Below, piece after piece: positions 9,874 to 18,303 of a DNA stretch of 64,000 nt. The notes below the pieces were generated by a model that made no database searches, was not told the origin of the DNA, and was given only the letters and a program-made list of their open reading frames with translations. The translations under genes and the position numbers were made by a program. Positions within the stretch are counted from its first letter, which is position 1; each line of letters starts with the position of its first letter. Where the stretch lies: the IMG/VR virus record IMGVR_UViG_3300005337_000441, positions 62,001 to 126,000 of that record. One strand, 5' to 3'.

Positions 9874-10609
9874 GAGCATGGAAGAAGTGTACGCCCACGT
9901 CGACGAGACGCTGGTCGTGGACTTGCTCAAACACGCGTTGTCTTTGGATGAGAAGTACAGCGCGATGCTCAAAGACGCCGACAAGGGTCTGTATCTGCCG
10001 GGCGATTTCGAGCCCACCTTCCGTCAAGACAAGCTCTATTTCCGCAAAGCGGGGATGGCCATGTCCACCACCGGCGTGCCCGAGATCATCGCGCACGAGG
10101 AAACGTCGCTGGCCAAGAAAGCGATCAAGGGTGGCGTGATGGACATGTCTACCAATCCCCCGATTGCGCTCGAAGGTCTGAGCAAGATCGTCGATGACAT
10201 CTACGACCAGGACTTCAACCTCATCATGTCCGCCAAGGACATGAGCAAGCTCGGTCGTCATCTCAAAGTCGATCCCACCATCCCTGCCAACGCCGTGCGC
10301 ATGGCCATGGGCATCATCCAGTCCACCGTGCACACCATGTGCCGGCACAGCACACCGGGCTTTCACTCGCACCGTCCTGACCGTTTGGTCAAACCGGAGC
10401 TGGACATCGATGTGTACGGGGAGTTCGAGAACGCGTTCGAGCGACTGCTCGTGCAAGTTCACAACTTCATTGACTGCAACCACTGGAACTTCTACACCTA
10501 CCGTCTTCGCGGAACAACGTTGATCATTCAACGTGGCTTGGACTGGCGGATCGCTGAGTACTACCGCATGAAGTTCGAAAAGGAAGAAGCACTACACCTG
10601 GAAGACTAG
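9860..10609 (+). CDS. hypothetical protein
   Basis: AAGGAG RBS before ATG 9860. Confidence 0.75.
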   Translation: MQDFKSMEEVYAHVDETLVVDLLKHALSLDEKYSAMLKDADKGLYLPGDFEPTFRQDKLYFRKAGMAMSTTGVPEIIAHEETSLAKKAIKGGVMDMSTNPPIALEGLSKIVDDIYDQDFNLIMSAKDMSKLGRHLKVDPTIPANAVRMAMGIIQSTVHTMCRHSTPGFHSHRPDRLVKPELDIDVYGEFENAFERLLVQVHNFIDCNHWNFYTYRLRGTTLIIQRGLDWRIAEYYRMKFEKEEALHLED

Positions 10610-10614
10610 CAGCC

Positions 10615-11091
10615 ATGCATCTTTCGTTAGGCCGAGGGCCACGGTATGTTGCCGTGGACATGCGTGACTATTTGACGACTTTCGGACCGCTGCCCAACAT
10701 GCAGTATCTGTACGTTCGTTTTCCAGTCCGCGACCTCATAGCAACCATCCTCTCCATCAACCAGTACATCGGCTACAACGAGTCGATGTGGTTTGAGATG
10801 GAGAGGCGTTTCAGTGACGCCCTTTTCAACGATCCTCGGTTTGACCCGAACACGCTTGAGTTGTTTTTCGAGACCATGGCATATGCCATGGATGCACACA
10901 TCCGTGAACGGGTCCCATCGTCGATCGATATGTCGGAATACATTTTCGACAAATGGGTTGATGCAACTTCCATCATGATGAAACGAGATGAAACCGTCGA
11001 AATCTATCGCGATCATGGGGCGAATGACTACATTCCACCCATGCACCAGTTTCATCCTCATGGTGCTGGAAAACTATGGTCTTTCCCATGA
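10615..11091 (+). CDS. hypothetical protein
   Basis: 158 aa ORF in tight operon. Confidence 0.7.
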   Translation: MHLSLGRGPRYVAVDMRDYLTTFGPLPNMQYLYVRFPVRDLIATILSINQYIGYNESMWFEMERRFSDALFNDPRFDPNTLELFFETMAYAMDAHIRERVPSSIDMSEYIFDKWVDATSIMMKRDETVEIYRDHGANDYIPPMHQFHPHGAGKLWSFP

Positions 11092-11389
11092 GGAACTCGG
11101 CCAGGAGTTGACACGGGTCTATCGCAACCCGATCCTCTCCAAACTCTACCTCCAAGCACTGATGATCGATCTGGTGTCTATGGTGGAGGAAGACCCGACA
11201 GGTCTGCTGCGCGAACAGCAGATTCTGGATCAGGCTCTGTCCTTCATCGACAGCATCGAACAAGAACTCATGTGTCTGCTCGATGAGATCGGCTGGCTCC
11301 TGGACAAAGTCAAAGGAGACGTGCGCAGAGTGTTGCGCGTCCACATCCAAAAACCCGACACCCTCACCATCGAGGTACTCCTAGCATGA
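10988..11389 (+). CDS. hypothetical protein (true start probably further downstream)
   Basis: Coding bias in the 3' part; stop lies next to the following start. Confidence 0.6.
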   Translation: MKPSKSIAIMGRMTTFHPCTSFILMVLENYGLSHEELGQELTRVYRNPILSKLYLQALMIDLVSMVEEDPTGLLREQQILDQALSFIDSIEQELMCLLDEIGWLLDKVKGDVRRVLRVHIQKPDTLTIEVLLA

Positions 11390-11817
11390 ACCTGCCCCAG
11401 AGATACATTGTGGATCTCGAAGGTCACGGCAAGGTGTTCTACAACACGATCCGCTCCCTGGGTATCGGGGTGATGCAACCTTTTGATGACCAGATCCTGA
11501 ATGCACGCCAGAAATATGTGTACGACGAGTGCGCATCCCAGATCGGCACGGCGCTCTCGCCGCTGCCGGTTGAGTTTCTGACCGTCTTGTCAACGTTGCC
11601 AAACCCGCAGTACTTCGAGCATTTCGACGACTTCATAAACAGCCCGCAGATCGTGGCGCCGTTCATGGATGCCTTCAAAGTGTTCGCACTGGGGATCTAT
11701 AGTCGCATTCACCAGAAAATCGGCTTCAACCTGGGTTGCGACTATCATTTGGAAGCTGTGACTGAGGACTTCATGGTTGTCTATGTGTCCGCAAAACCCC
11801 AAGGAATCGCACCGTGA
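11386..11817 (+). CDS. hypothetical protein
   Basis: GAGG RBS; overlaps the next gene (GTGA). Confidence 0.7.
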   Translation: MNLPQRYIVDLEGHGKVFYNTIRSLGIGVMQPFDDQILNARQKYVYDECASQIGTALSPLPVEFLTVLSTLPNPQYFEHFDDFINSPQIVAPFMDAFKVFALGIYSRIHQKIGFNLGCDYHLEAVTEDFMVVYVSAKPQGIAP

Positions 11818-12212
11818 GTTACCCTTTTGAGATTTCGAAGGTCTACACCTTCAACACCCTGGCTCCTGGCATCCTCCAAGCCACGGTCAAAAACGCCAAG
11901 TTCATGGCTGCCATGGACTACGAAACCGCCATCACGTACGAGAACGTCGACTTGATGTTCCGTCAGATCTACCCGGTGCTGCCTCCCGGCACGCCGGATG
12001 ACCCGGCCAGCTGCGTGTACTACCGCTTCGCCACCGAGTCGGGCGCGAAGATCATCCTCGCCGACATCTGGATCGACGAAGGCACGATCGACACCATCGA
12101 GCACATCAACTTCATCTGCACCGTGACCAACGCGTCGCTGCAGGACATGAACCGTGTGCGTGACGTGATGAATGCGCTAGGCTTCACCAACTACGAGATC
12201 AAGCAGGTTTGA
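11814..12212 (+). CDS. small protein resembling a conserved phiKZ-like family
   Basis: 132 aa, YTFNTLAPGIL...PDDP pattern (recalled resemblance, unverified). Confidence 0.65.
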   Translation: MSYPFEISKVYTFNTLAPGILQATVKNAKFMAAMDYETAITYENVDLMFRQIYPVLPPGTPDDPASCVYYRFATESGAKIILADIWIDEGTIDTIEHINFICTVTNASLQDMNRVRDVMNALGFTNYEIKQV

Positions 12213-12219
12213 GGCGGAC

Positions 12220-12498
12220 ATGCCCACTGTCTTCTATCACCATACCTCTTCGGAGGCATCGGCGGTATGCGTGGGGATCAATCGACACAAACCCACACAT
12301 GGTCCGGTGAAGTACTCGATCTACAAGCGTCACGCTGGATCGACCAAACTCGAACCCGTTGTCGAAGACGCGGAGTTCAAAGAAAACGACACCTCCCATC
12401 CGTCCGTGCATCTGCGCATGGAAAAGGGTGATATGCTTTACGGTATCACCGATGGAAAGGCGCTGTGGTTCACGGCGTCAGGTTTCCACATACCGTAA
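12220..12498 (+). CDS. hypothetical small beta-rich protein
   Basis: GAGG RBS; resembles the next ORF (FYHH...GD.L). Confidence 0.65.
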   Translation: MPTVFYHHTSSEASAVCVGINRHKPTHGPVKYSIYKRHAGSTKLEPVVEDAEFKENDTSHPSVHLRMEKGDMLYGITDGKALWFTASGFHIP

Positions 12499-12508
12499 CC
12501 TCTGACCG

Positions 12509-12844
12509 ATGGGAGAGGTCAATACAAGTAGCATAGGGACCCAGTTCTACCACCACAAGGAAAAGTCACCCACCGTGGTGCACATCCATGCAAAGAGAGT
12601 AGGACGGGTACTGTATCGCAACGTTGTCAACGTATATCGTCTCACTGAGGATCAGGATCCGAAAGATGCCAAGCTTGTCATGTTCGGCATCACGATCCGC
12701 TCCAGTCAGGCGTACTTCAACCTCGGAGATGTGAGGGTTAATCCCGGGGACCGACTTTTTGCTCAGGTGATCAAACCGGGGCTCGCACTTTCTGCAACGA
12801 TCCACGGAGTGCCTGTGGATAACTTTGCAGCCTTGTTTGACTGA
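12509..12844 (+). CDS. hypothetical small beta-rich protein
   Basis: FYHH...PGDRLF. Confidence 0.6.
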   Translation: MGEVNTSSIGTQFYHHKEKSPTVVHIHAKRVGRVLYRNVVNVYRLTEDQDPKDAKLVMFGITIRSSQAYFNLGDVRVNPGDRLFAQVIKPGLALSATIHGVPVDNFAALFD

Positions 12845-12851
12845 GGAACAC

Positions 12852-13742
12852 ATGTCCAAGACCTACATTCTCCATCATCGAGACAGCGATGGGTACTGCG
12901 CTGCGCTGGCAGCCTATGTCGCTGGCCTGACCGAGGCTTGGCAACCTGGCAATCTTGCCAACGCGATCTACATCGACGTGCAGTACGGGGAAGCTTTCCC
13001 GAACATCGAGTTGACCGACAAGGACCGGGTCTACATCCTGGACTTCTCTTACGACCGCGCCACCCTCGACGCCGTCAACGCAAAAGTCAAAGACCTTGTC
13101 GTGATCGATCATCACAAGACAGCGGCCAAGGCGCTTCAAGGTGCTTCGTACGCGATCTTTGACATGACCAAGTCCGGCTCGGACCTTGCCTGGGAATACT
13201 TCCATGGTCACGTCCCGATGAACTGGATGCTCCAGCTCGTCTCCGAGTACGACATGGGTGTGCGTGACCACAAGGAAGCCCAGTGGTTGGAGAACACCAT
13301 GGTCGCCCACCCTCGCAAGGGTGACCTCGTGTTCTGGAAAAAGATCATGGATGATCCCGTCGAACTCCAAGAAGTCCTGGAGATCGGCAGAGGCATCCAG
13401 TTCAACAACGACCAGATCCTTCGCAACATCGTTGACAAGAAGTACTACAGGGAGATCCAGTGGTCTGGATATCGTGGCGCCGTGGTGAACTCCGCCATCC
13501 TGCGCAACGAGATCGCGTACGCCGTGCTAGACGCCAGGCCTGACCTGGAGTTCGTGTGCACGACACGCATCTTCCCTTCTGGTCAGATGAAGCTGGCACT
13601 GCGTGCTCGCAAAGAAGACAAGCACATCGACATCTCCACGATCGCCGAGTACCTGGGCGGCGGTGGACATCGGGCCTCTGCCAGCGTGGTTGTTTCTCTC
13701 AGCCAATCGCTGGCATTGCAGCGTGAGTGGTACTCCGTTTAA
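12852..13742 (+). CDS. DHH/DHHA1 phosphoesterase (nanoRNase NrnB-like)
   Basis: HHRDSDG, ILDFS, IDHHKT, GGGGHRASA motifs; GAGGA RBS. Confidence 0.88.
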   Translation: MSKTYILHHRDSDGYCAALAAYVAGLTEAWQPGNLANAIYIDVQYGEAFPNIELTDKDRVYILDFSYDRATLDAVNAKVKDLVVIDHHKTAAKALQGASYAIFDMTKSGSDLAWEYFHGHVPMNWMLQLVSEYDMGVRDHKEAQWLENTMVAHPRKGDLVFWKKIMDDPVELQEVLEIGRGIQFNNDQILRNIVDKKYYREIQWSGYRGAVVNSAILRNEIAYAVLDARPDLEFVCTTRIFPSGQMKLALRARKEDKHIDISTIAEYLGGGGHRASASVVVSLSQSLALQREWYSV

Positions 13743-13751
13743 CCCACAGAC

Positions 13752-13799
13752 ATAGATGCAGGGGCTTCGCGCTCCTGCATCTATACTGCTTCCTTTTTT
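13752..13799 (+). terminator. intrinsic terminator
   Basis: ATAGATGCAGGGGC/GCTCCTGCATCTAT followed by a T-run. Confidence 0.75.
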
Positions 13800-13810
13800 G
13801 AAAGACCAAC

Positions 13811-14260
13811 ATGTGGAAACATGGATTCCTGATTGCGGAGAACAAACAGAAGCAGCGCCCCATGTTGGTGGAGTTCCGTGCGTTCTTCCGCTTTGAAACG
13901 CACCACCTCTACCGCAAGTGCGGCAGTGCGGCGCCGGTGTATGTCTACATCTTGAAAATCGACGGCTATCGTGAAGTCGTCTCGATGTTCTACGCTCAAA
14001 ACTACTTCTGGTTCGGTAATGATCAGATCTTCCTGGAGCCTGGTGAGAAACTTATCATCGCCACCTCCGGCATGAAGAAGAAAGAGGATGCTTTCCTCAT
14101 GGAGAGTATCTCTGGTATCCTTCACGGTGAAGATGACGAACTCAAGCGTTACGACAAGCAGTTCCGTATCGTCAGAAGCTCAGAGATCAAACCGATCGAA
14201 AGCTACCGGCACAAAGTCCATCAGCCGAGGAGGAAGAAAGATGTCGCCCTCATCACCTGA
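13811..14260 (+). CDS. hypothetical protein
   Basis: 149 aa ORF. Confidence 0.65.
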   Translation: MWKHGFLIAENKQKQRPMLVEFRAFFRFETHHLYRKCGSAAPVYVYILKIDGYREVVSMFYAQNYFWFGNDQIFLEPGEKLIIATSGMKKKEDAFLMESISGILHGEDDELKRYDKQFRIVRSSEIKPIESYRHKVHQPRRKKDVALIT

Positions 14261-14600
14261 GTTCGACCAACTCGATCTGCTCGTGCGTCGCATCGATGCA
14301 CTGCCTCCTTCAACGTTCGATGCGATCATGTACACCGACGACGATGATCGCAAGTGGATCCAAGCCCGCATGATCATGTCTGGCGGCTTGCAAGCCAGCG
14401 AGCAGGTCAAAGAGCTGATGACGGAGTTGGTGCGTCTTGTACAGCGCCTCTTCGTCACTGAGAAAAGCCGCTTTGAAAACTTCACGTGGTCACTCTACAT
14501 GAACGGCTACCGTGAACTCACAGCGGGACGGGACCTCAAGGACAAGCAGCACCATGCGCTGTATACACCGTACAACAAATGGTACGTCAGCTTCGGTTGA
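14241..14600 (+). CDS. hypothetical protein
   Basis: GAGGAGG RBS before ATG 14241. Confidence 0.7.
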   Translation: MSPSSPEFDQLDLLVRRIDALPPSTFDAIMYTDDDDRKWIQARMIMSGGLQASEQVKELMTELVRLVQRLFVTEKSRFENFTWSLYMNGYRELTAGRDLKDKQHHALYTPYNKWYVSFG

Positions 14601-14605
14601 TGTAG

Positions 14606-14644
14606 GATGTAAAAACTTGTGTCGTTTTGGTATATCTATTGGAG
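14606..14644 (+). promoter_or_regulatory. class-2 promoter-like motif GATGT-A5-CTT-N11-GTATATCTATTGGAG
   Basis: Near-identical copy with the same 11-nt spacer at 30816-30855, upstream of chimallin. Confidence 0.65.
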
Positions 14645-14649
14645 CGAAA

Positions 14650-15390
14650 TGAGCCACTACTCATGGAGCTTCAAAACAAATGCCCGGAAGCGATTTCGGG
14701 AAGTGGCTAGTCAAACGAGGAAGTCGGAAAGCCTCGTTCGAACAGCTGCGGCACATGACGTTCCGCATGGCTCATACCGGTATAGCAACCACTCGTTTCA
14801 CCCTTCTGGATGAAAACATCGTCCTCGGCGAGAACGCTACCCGAAAAGAGCTGCATCTGCCTGACGAGCCCGGGGAGCAATCCCCGGGCATGTGTTCCGT
14901 TCTTTAACAACTGGAAAAGAAGCCCATGAAAGCCAAGACTCGACTTGGCGCTGGATTCGATCGGTGATAAACCATCTACCAGCCAACGTTCATGGGAACT
15001 GACAGGTGCATTGCCCTCAGCGAGGGATGTGTGCAAAAAACCTGTCGGGGTGCCTAGCGGACTCGTTCGCGAGATGGTGAAAAAGCAGGGAGAAGTTGAG
15101 AAAACCGCTGCGGCGGCTGCTCCTTCTCCCTGCCTGGCATTTAGAGAATCGAATAAAGGACGTGCTTGGGGTGCCGAGACCAGACTCGGTGATGGGTTTT
15201 CGCGAATCACATTCAACCCCCCAAGAAGTAGCGCGTAGGGCGGACGAGAGTCGTTGCCTGATTATCGTGCTGCGGTACAAGCGCCGGGAGTTGCCCAACA
15301 TCCTCCGGCCATGCCCCCTGCCTCTGCATCATCTACCTCGACCGCGCTGGTCCAGGTTCGGTGCGGTTGGCAGGGGCGTGTGCTTTTTTT
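14650..15390 (+). ncRNA. candidate large structured RNA (segment A, possibly two RNAs)
   Basis: No convincing ORF; many helices (14868-14889 GCAA tetraloop, 14955-14961/15148-15154, 15085-15133, GAC-GAGA-GTC); ends in a helix plus T7; shares a module with 15796-16290. Confidence 0.55.
14899..14909 (+). promoter_or_regulatory. boxA (NusB/NusE-binding) consensus match GTTCTTTAACA
   Basis: Exact match to GYTCTTTAANA in a non-coding context. Confidence 0.45.
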
Positions 15391-15528
15391 GCCGTCTGCT
15401 ATTGGTATGGACACCCTGTTAGCTCGGAGAAAGAAAAATGCTCTACCCTTCTTCTTATCGGCAGCTGCTTGCTGCTCTTTCGTTCATATCGCTGCCGGCC
15501 GTGGGGCCGCCGATTGCAACGAAAGACC

Positions 15529-15795
15529 ATGCAGCAAACAACCAAGGAACATCGAGCGCTTCGGCGTCATGAACGTGCACGCCTTCTGAAAAAGCGTGCC
15601 AACTATTGGGGAGGTTGGGTTGCTTTACCTGACCGCGCAGGTAAACTCCTGCACACCCCTTGTAATTGCAGCTGCTTTATGTGTGGCAACCCGCGCAAAT
15701 ACTTCGGTAACGCGCGAGATGCTCTCACTGTAGCAGAGCAACGAGTCACCCAGCGCCAGCTTGGTGAGCACTTCACTCCCGACGAAAGGGAGTGA
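15529..15795 (+). CDS. 88-aa Arg-rich protein with CxCSCxxCGNPRK putative Zn-binding motif
   Basis: In-frame ATG at 15529; RALRRHERARLLKKR followed by HTPCNCSCFMCGNPRKY. Confidence 0.75.
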   Translation: MQQTTKEHRALRRHERARLLKKRANYWGGWVALPDRAGKLLHTPCNCSCFMCGNPRKYFGNARDALTVAEQRVTQRQLGEHFTPDERE

Positions 15796-16290
15796 GAGAT
15801 CCCCTAATTCTGAAACATGTCTCATCGGTGGTGGTTCATTCACCTTCTGGTAATATGACCGCCGTATAGCCGAGAATGTGGGAAGGAGCCAAACCCGTCT
15901 TCGGACGGGAGGTCGTTGAGCACACAAGGGATCTTCACCCATGTTCACGCCCCGGCGTGTCATAGGGTCACGGCTCAAGCGGAACCACATACCTAGGGGC
16001 CCCTGGGCGTGCAGTTGTTACGGGGCAACTGTCAATGGTGGACTGAAAGGTCATTCCGATATAGCTGCTGACAGCGACCTGGACATGAATACCGACAGGG
16101 TCAGCCCGTGTCGGACAAAAAGGCTTGGTGGTGGCTGAGATGCAGACTCAGTGCGGACTCACAGTAGGCCGCGGAAGACCCAAGAAGTGTCGCATGCGTT
16201 GTTAGCGCGCGAGGCGGCGCAAACCTTCATCGCTGGAAGATACTGGAGCAGTTGTCTCCATGACTTTCAGGATGAGGGAGTGCGCTTTTT
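15796..16290 (+). ncRNA. candidate large structured RNA (segment B)
   Basis: GAGATCCC/GGGATCTT closing helix, C(UUCG)G hairpin 15894-15909, CATGTTCA/TGGACATG helix, GAAA-loop hairpin, terminal helix plus T5. Confidence 0.55.
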
Positions 16291-16311
16291 GTTTTACCTC
16301 TTTTGGACCTC

Positions 16312-16821
16312 ATGAGTTTCGAACAAACCCTCGGCAGTAAAGACTGGCTGAATCAAAACGAAACCGCTCTTCGTGAGATGTTTCCTGAAACATGGACTCA
16401 CGTTGAGAACATGAAACTCCTTCCGATCATGTACAGGCTCAAGACCTTGGGCGTGGACTGGCGTGAAGAGAATGAAATCCCGGAGATTCTGACGTTCTTC
16501 AGGAACGCCGGCGTCTACGCCATGAATGCTTCCAAGCAGGTCATGCGAAACCACAAGCATCTCGAATTCGAGATGACCTACAAACCGCAGGATCGTCGCC
16601 TGAGCGAAGTGATCCCGGATGAAACCGAAGAGAAGGAAGACAAAGTCACGATCCCCAATCCGGTCGGAACCATCGCGTGGTTCTTGCTGCTGTTCGGTTG
16701 GATTGGTGGCTTTGTGCTCGCCAAGGGCTTTTGGTCCACGGTGTGTTGTCTGTGTCCTCTGTGGGCCTGGTACTTGGTTGTCGAGCGTCTCTTCCAACTC
16801 TGGGGCATGATTCCCCTGTGA
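16312..16821 (+). CDS. hypothetical protein with C-terminal TM segments
   Basis: Hydrophobic C-terminus; followed by a hairpin. Confidence 0.7.
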   Translation: MSFEQTLGSKDWLNQNETALREMFPETWTHVENMKLLPIMYRLKTLGVDWREENEIPEILTFFRNAGVYAMNASKQVMRNHKHLEFEMTYKPQDRRLSEVIPDETEEKEDKVTIPNPVGTIAWFLLLFGWIGGFVLAKGFWSTVCCLCPLWAWYLVVERLFQLWGMIPL

Positions 16822-16870
16822 CGGCATACTACAGCGGGGTCATGCGCCCCGCTGTAGCTGCTTATGCCGT
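16821..16870 (+). terminator. hairpin with ACGGCATA/TATGCCGT outer arms
   Basis: Inner stem CTACAGCGGGG/CCCCGCTGTAG. Confidence 0.7.
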
Positions 16871-16893
16871 GTCGGCTTAGAAAAGATTTCAGC

Positions 16894-16910
16894 AACACAT
16901 ACTTTATGTG
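16894..16910 (+). promoter_or_regulatory. class-1 promoter variant AACACATACT-N5-TG
   Basis: Motif variant directly after the terminator. Confidence 0.6.
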
Positions 16911-16943
16911 ACCCCTAACTCAAATCTTTCTCGGAGGGAGAAG

Positions 16944-17381
16944 ATGGATCAAGGTAAGGAAGCAATGAAGTTCTACGTGGTCACCGGTCACGTCATTGTG
17001 GCCGCTGCAAGACCAAAGGCACTGTCTCCTGTGCGGGAACTGGTGGTGGAGGTTGACGTCACGCACCGCCACGTCTTGGAACAGGACTTCAGACTGCATC
17101 GCTATTTGATGGCCTACGTCACGGAGCACGCAACCGAGTCGTTCATCCGTCACCTCAAGGCCGACAAGACGACGGCCAAGTCGATCGGGGGCACCCAGTG
17201 GCGTGTGTCCATTCGCGATCAAGAGTTCAAGCTTTTCCTCACCAGAGCGATGGCCGAGGAATACCTGAACAACCCTGAGCGGCCCAGTGGCCCTCATGAC
17301 CGTTTCACTTTCATGCGGGAGATGATCCTGGAAAACTATGACGACAGCACGAACAGCGTTATGCCTGCGAATCACGTCTAG
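16944..17381 (+). CDS. hypothetical protein
   Basis: GGAGGGAG RBS before ATG 16944. Confidence 0.7.
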   Translation: MDQGKEAMKFYVVTGHVIVAAARPKALSPVRELVVEVDVTHRHVLEQDFRLHRYLMAYVTEHATESFIRHLKADKTTAKSIGGTQWRVSIRDQEFKLFLTRAMAEEYLNNPERPSGPHDRFTFMREMILENYDDSTNSVMPANHV

Positions 17382-17631
17382 CGAACGTGAGACCTTGGAA
17401 AAGGTCAAGCCTTGGAAGGTGTCGGGCAACGCAGATCAAATCCAACAACAGCTGCCTCAACTGCTCAGCCAATTTTTGGTGGAGCCGCTGGAGAGCAGCA
17501 AACGACTGGGCCAAGACATCTACGTTGACAACAAAGTCACGGCCCGTTTCGAGCACCAAGAACACGCCAGAGAGCTGTACCATCTGCTCTCGGGCAATAA
17601 GATGGTTGCATTCCGCAACTGGCTCGATTGA
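17338..17631 (+). CDS. hypothetical protein (start uncertain)
   Basis: Fills the gap between neighbours; coding-like. Confidence 0.5.
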   Translation: MTTARTALCLRITSSERETLEKVKPWKVSGNADQIQQQLPQLLSQFLVEPLESSKRLGQDIYVDNKVTARFEHQEHARELYHLLSGNKMVAFRNWLD

Positions 17632-17649
17632 AAACCTAGGGAGTTTGTC

Positions 17650-17904
17650 ATGTTCTTTGATTGGCTGATGAATCTGTTGCCTGAATTTCACGGAGACATC
17701 CGGATCTTTCTGGCGATGGTCTATTTCGCCATGGGGGCGTTTGTGCTGCTGCATGCATACGGCGCCTCCAAGTACTACACCCGCCAATGGCATCAAGGTC
17801 AAGAACCGACCGTGATGTTGTTTGCACTCATCCTCTGCATCCTGCTCTGGCCGATTCTCATGACCAGGAAGGATGTCTCACTACCGAGGCCCAAACTCAA
17901 ATGA
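17650..17904 (+). CDS. small 2-TM membrane protein
   Basis: GGGAG RBS; two hydrophobic segments. Confidence 0.7.
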   Translation: MFFDWLMNLLPEFHGDIRIFLAMVYFAMGAFVLLHAYGASKYYTRQWHQGQEPTVMLFALILCILLWPILMTRKDVSLPRPKLK

Positions 17905-18248
17905 CGCGAGCACTGATCCAAGCGGAGGTCGAGCTGGAGTACTTCCTCGCCCTCAACAGCATGATAGCCAACACGGAGCAGCTCACTCCGTTTGGTCCTT
18001 TCCCGTCCAGGGAAGACGCTCTGGCGTTTTACGACGCCGAGAAGGTCGAGCCGTATACCGAACCCGGTGAGAACGGCTTCACAGGTCTACCAACGACCTG
18101 GGGTAAGACCTTCCGTAAAGGTGGTCCGTTGGAGTGGATGAACCCACTCACGGATACAGAGCGTGAAGCTGCGGAACCACCTTTTGGCCGCGGTGTGCAT
18201 GAACGCTTGGGTCGGACTTACAACGTTCAGATTCTGAATCGCTTCTAA
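17901..18248 (+). CDS. hypothetical protein
   Basis: ATGA overlap with the upstream stop; GAGG RBS. Confidence 0.7.
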   Translation: MTRALIQAEVELEYFLALNSMIANTEQLTPFGPFPSREDALAFYDAEKVEPYTEPGENGFTGLPTTWGKTFRKGGPLEWMNPLTDTEREAAEPPFGRGVHERLGRTYNVQILNRF

Positions 18249-18303
18249 ACCAGAGAGGGTGTTACCCCTCTCGCCACTAACCTTGTTCTTAGGAAGAACA
18301 TCA

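Noticed and set aside
14861-14895. Hammerhead-like CTGACGAG followed by a stem
   Set aside because: The required GAAA after stem II is absent (the sequence reads ATGT).
14619-15589. Short ORFs 14619..14813, 14680..14907, 14945..15238, 15096..15422, 15254..15589
   Set aside because: Atypical codon usage, weak RBS and heavy overlap with helices; 14680..14907 cannot be fully excluded.
14650-16290. tRNA, tmRNA, RNase P, or group I/II intron identity for the structured region
   Set aside because: No cloverleaf with CCA end, no GAGGAAAGTCC, no convincing P7 or domain V; only loose fragments.
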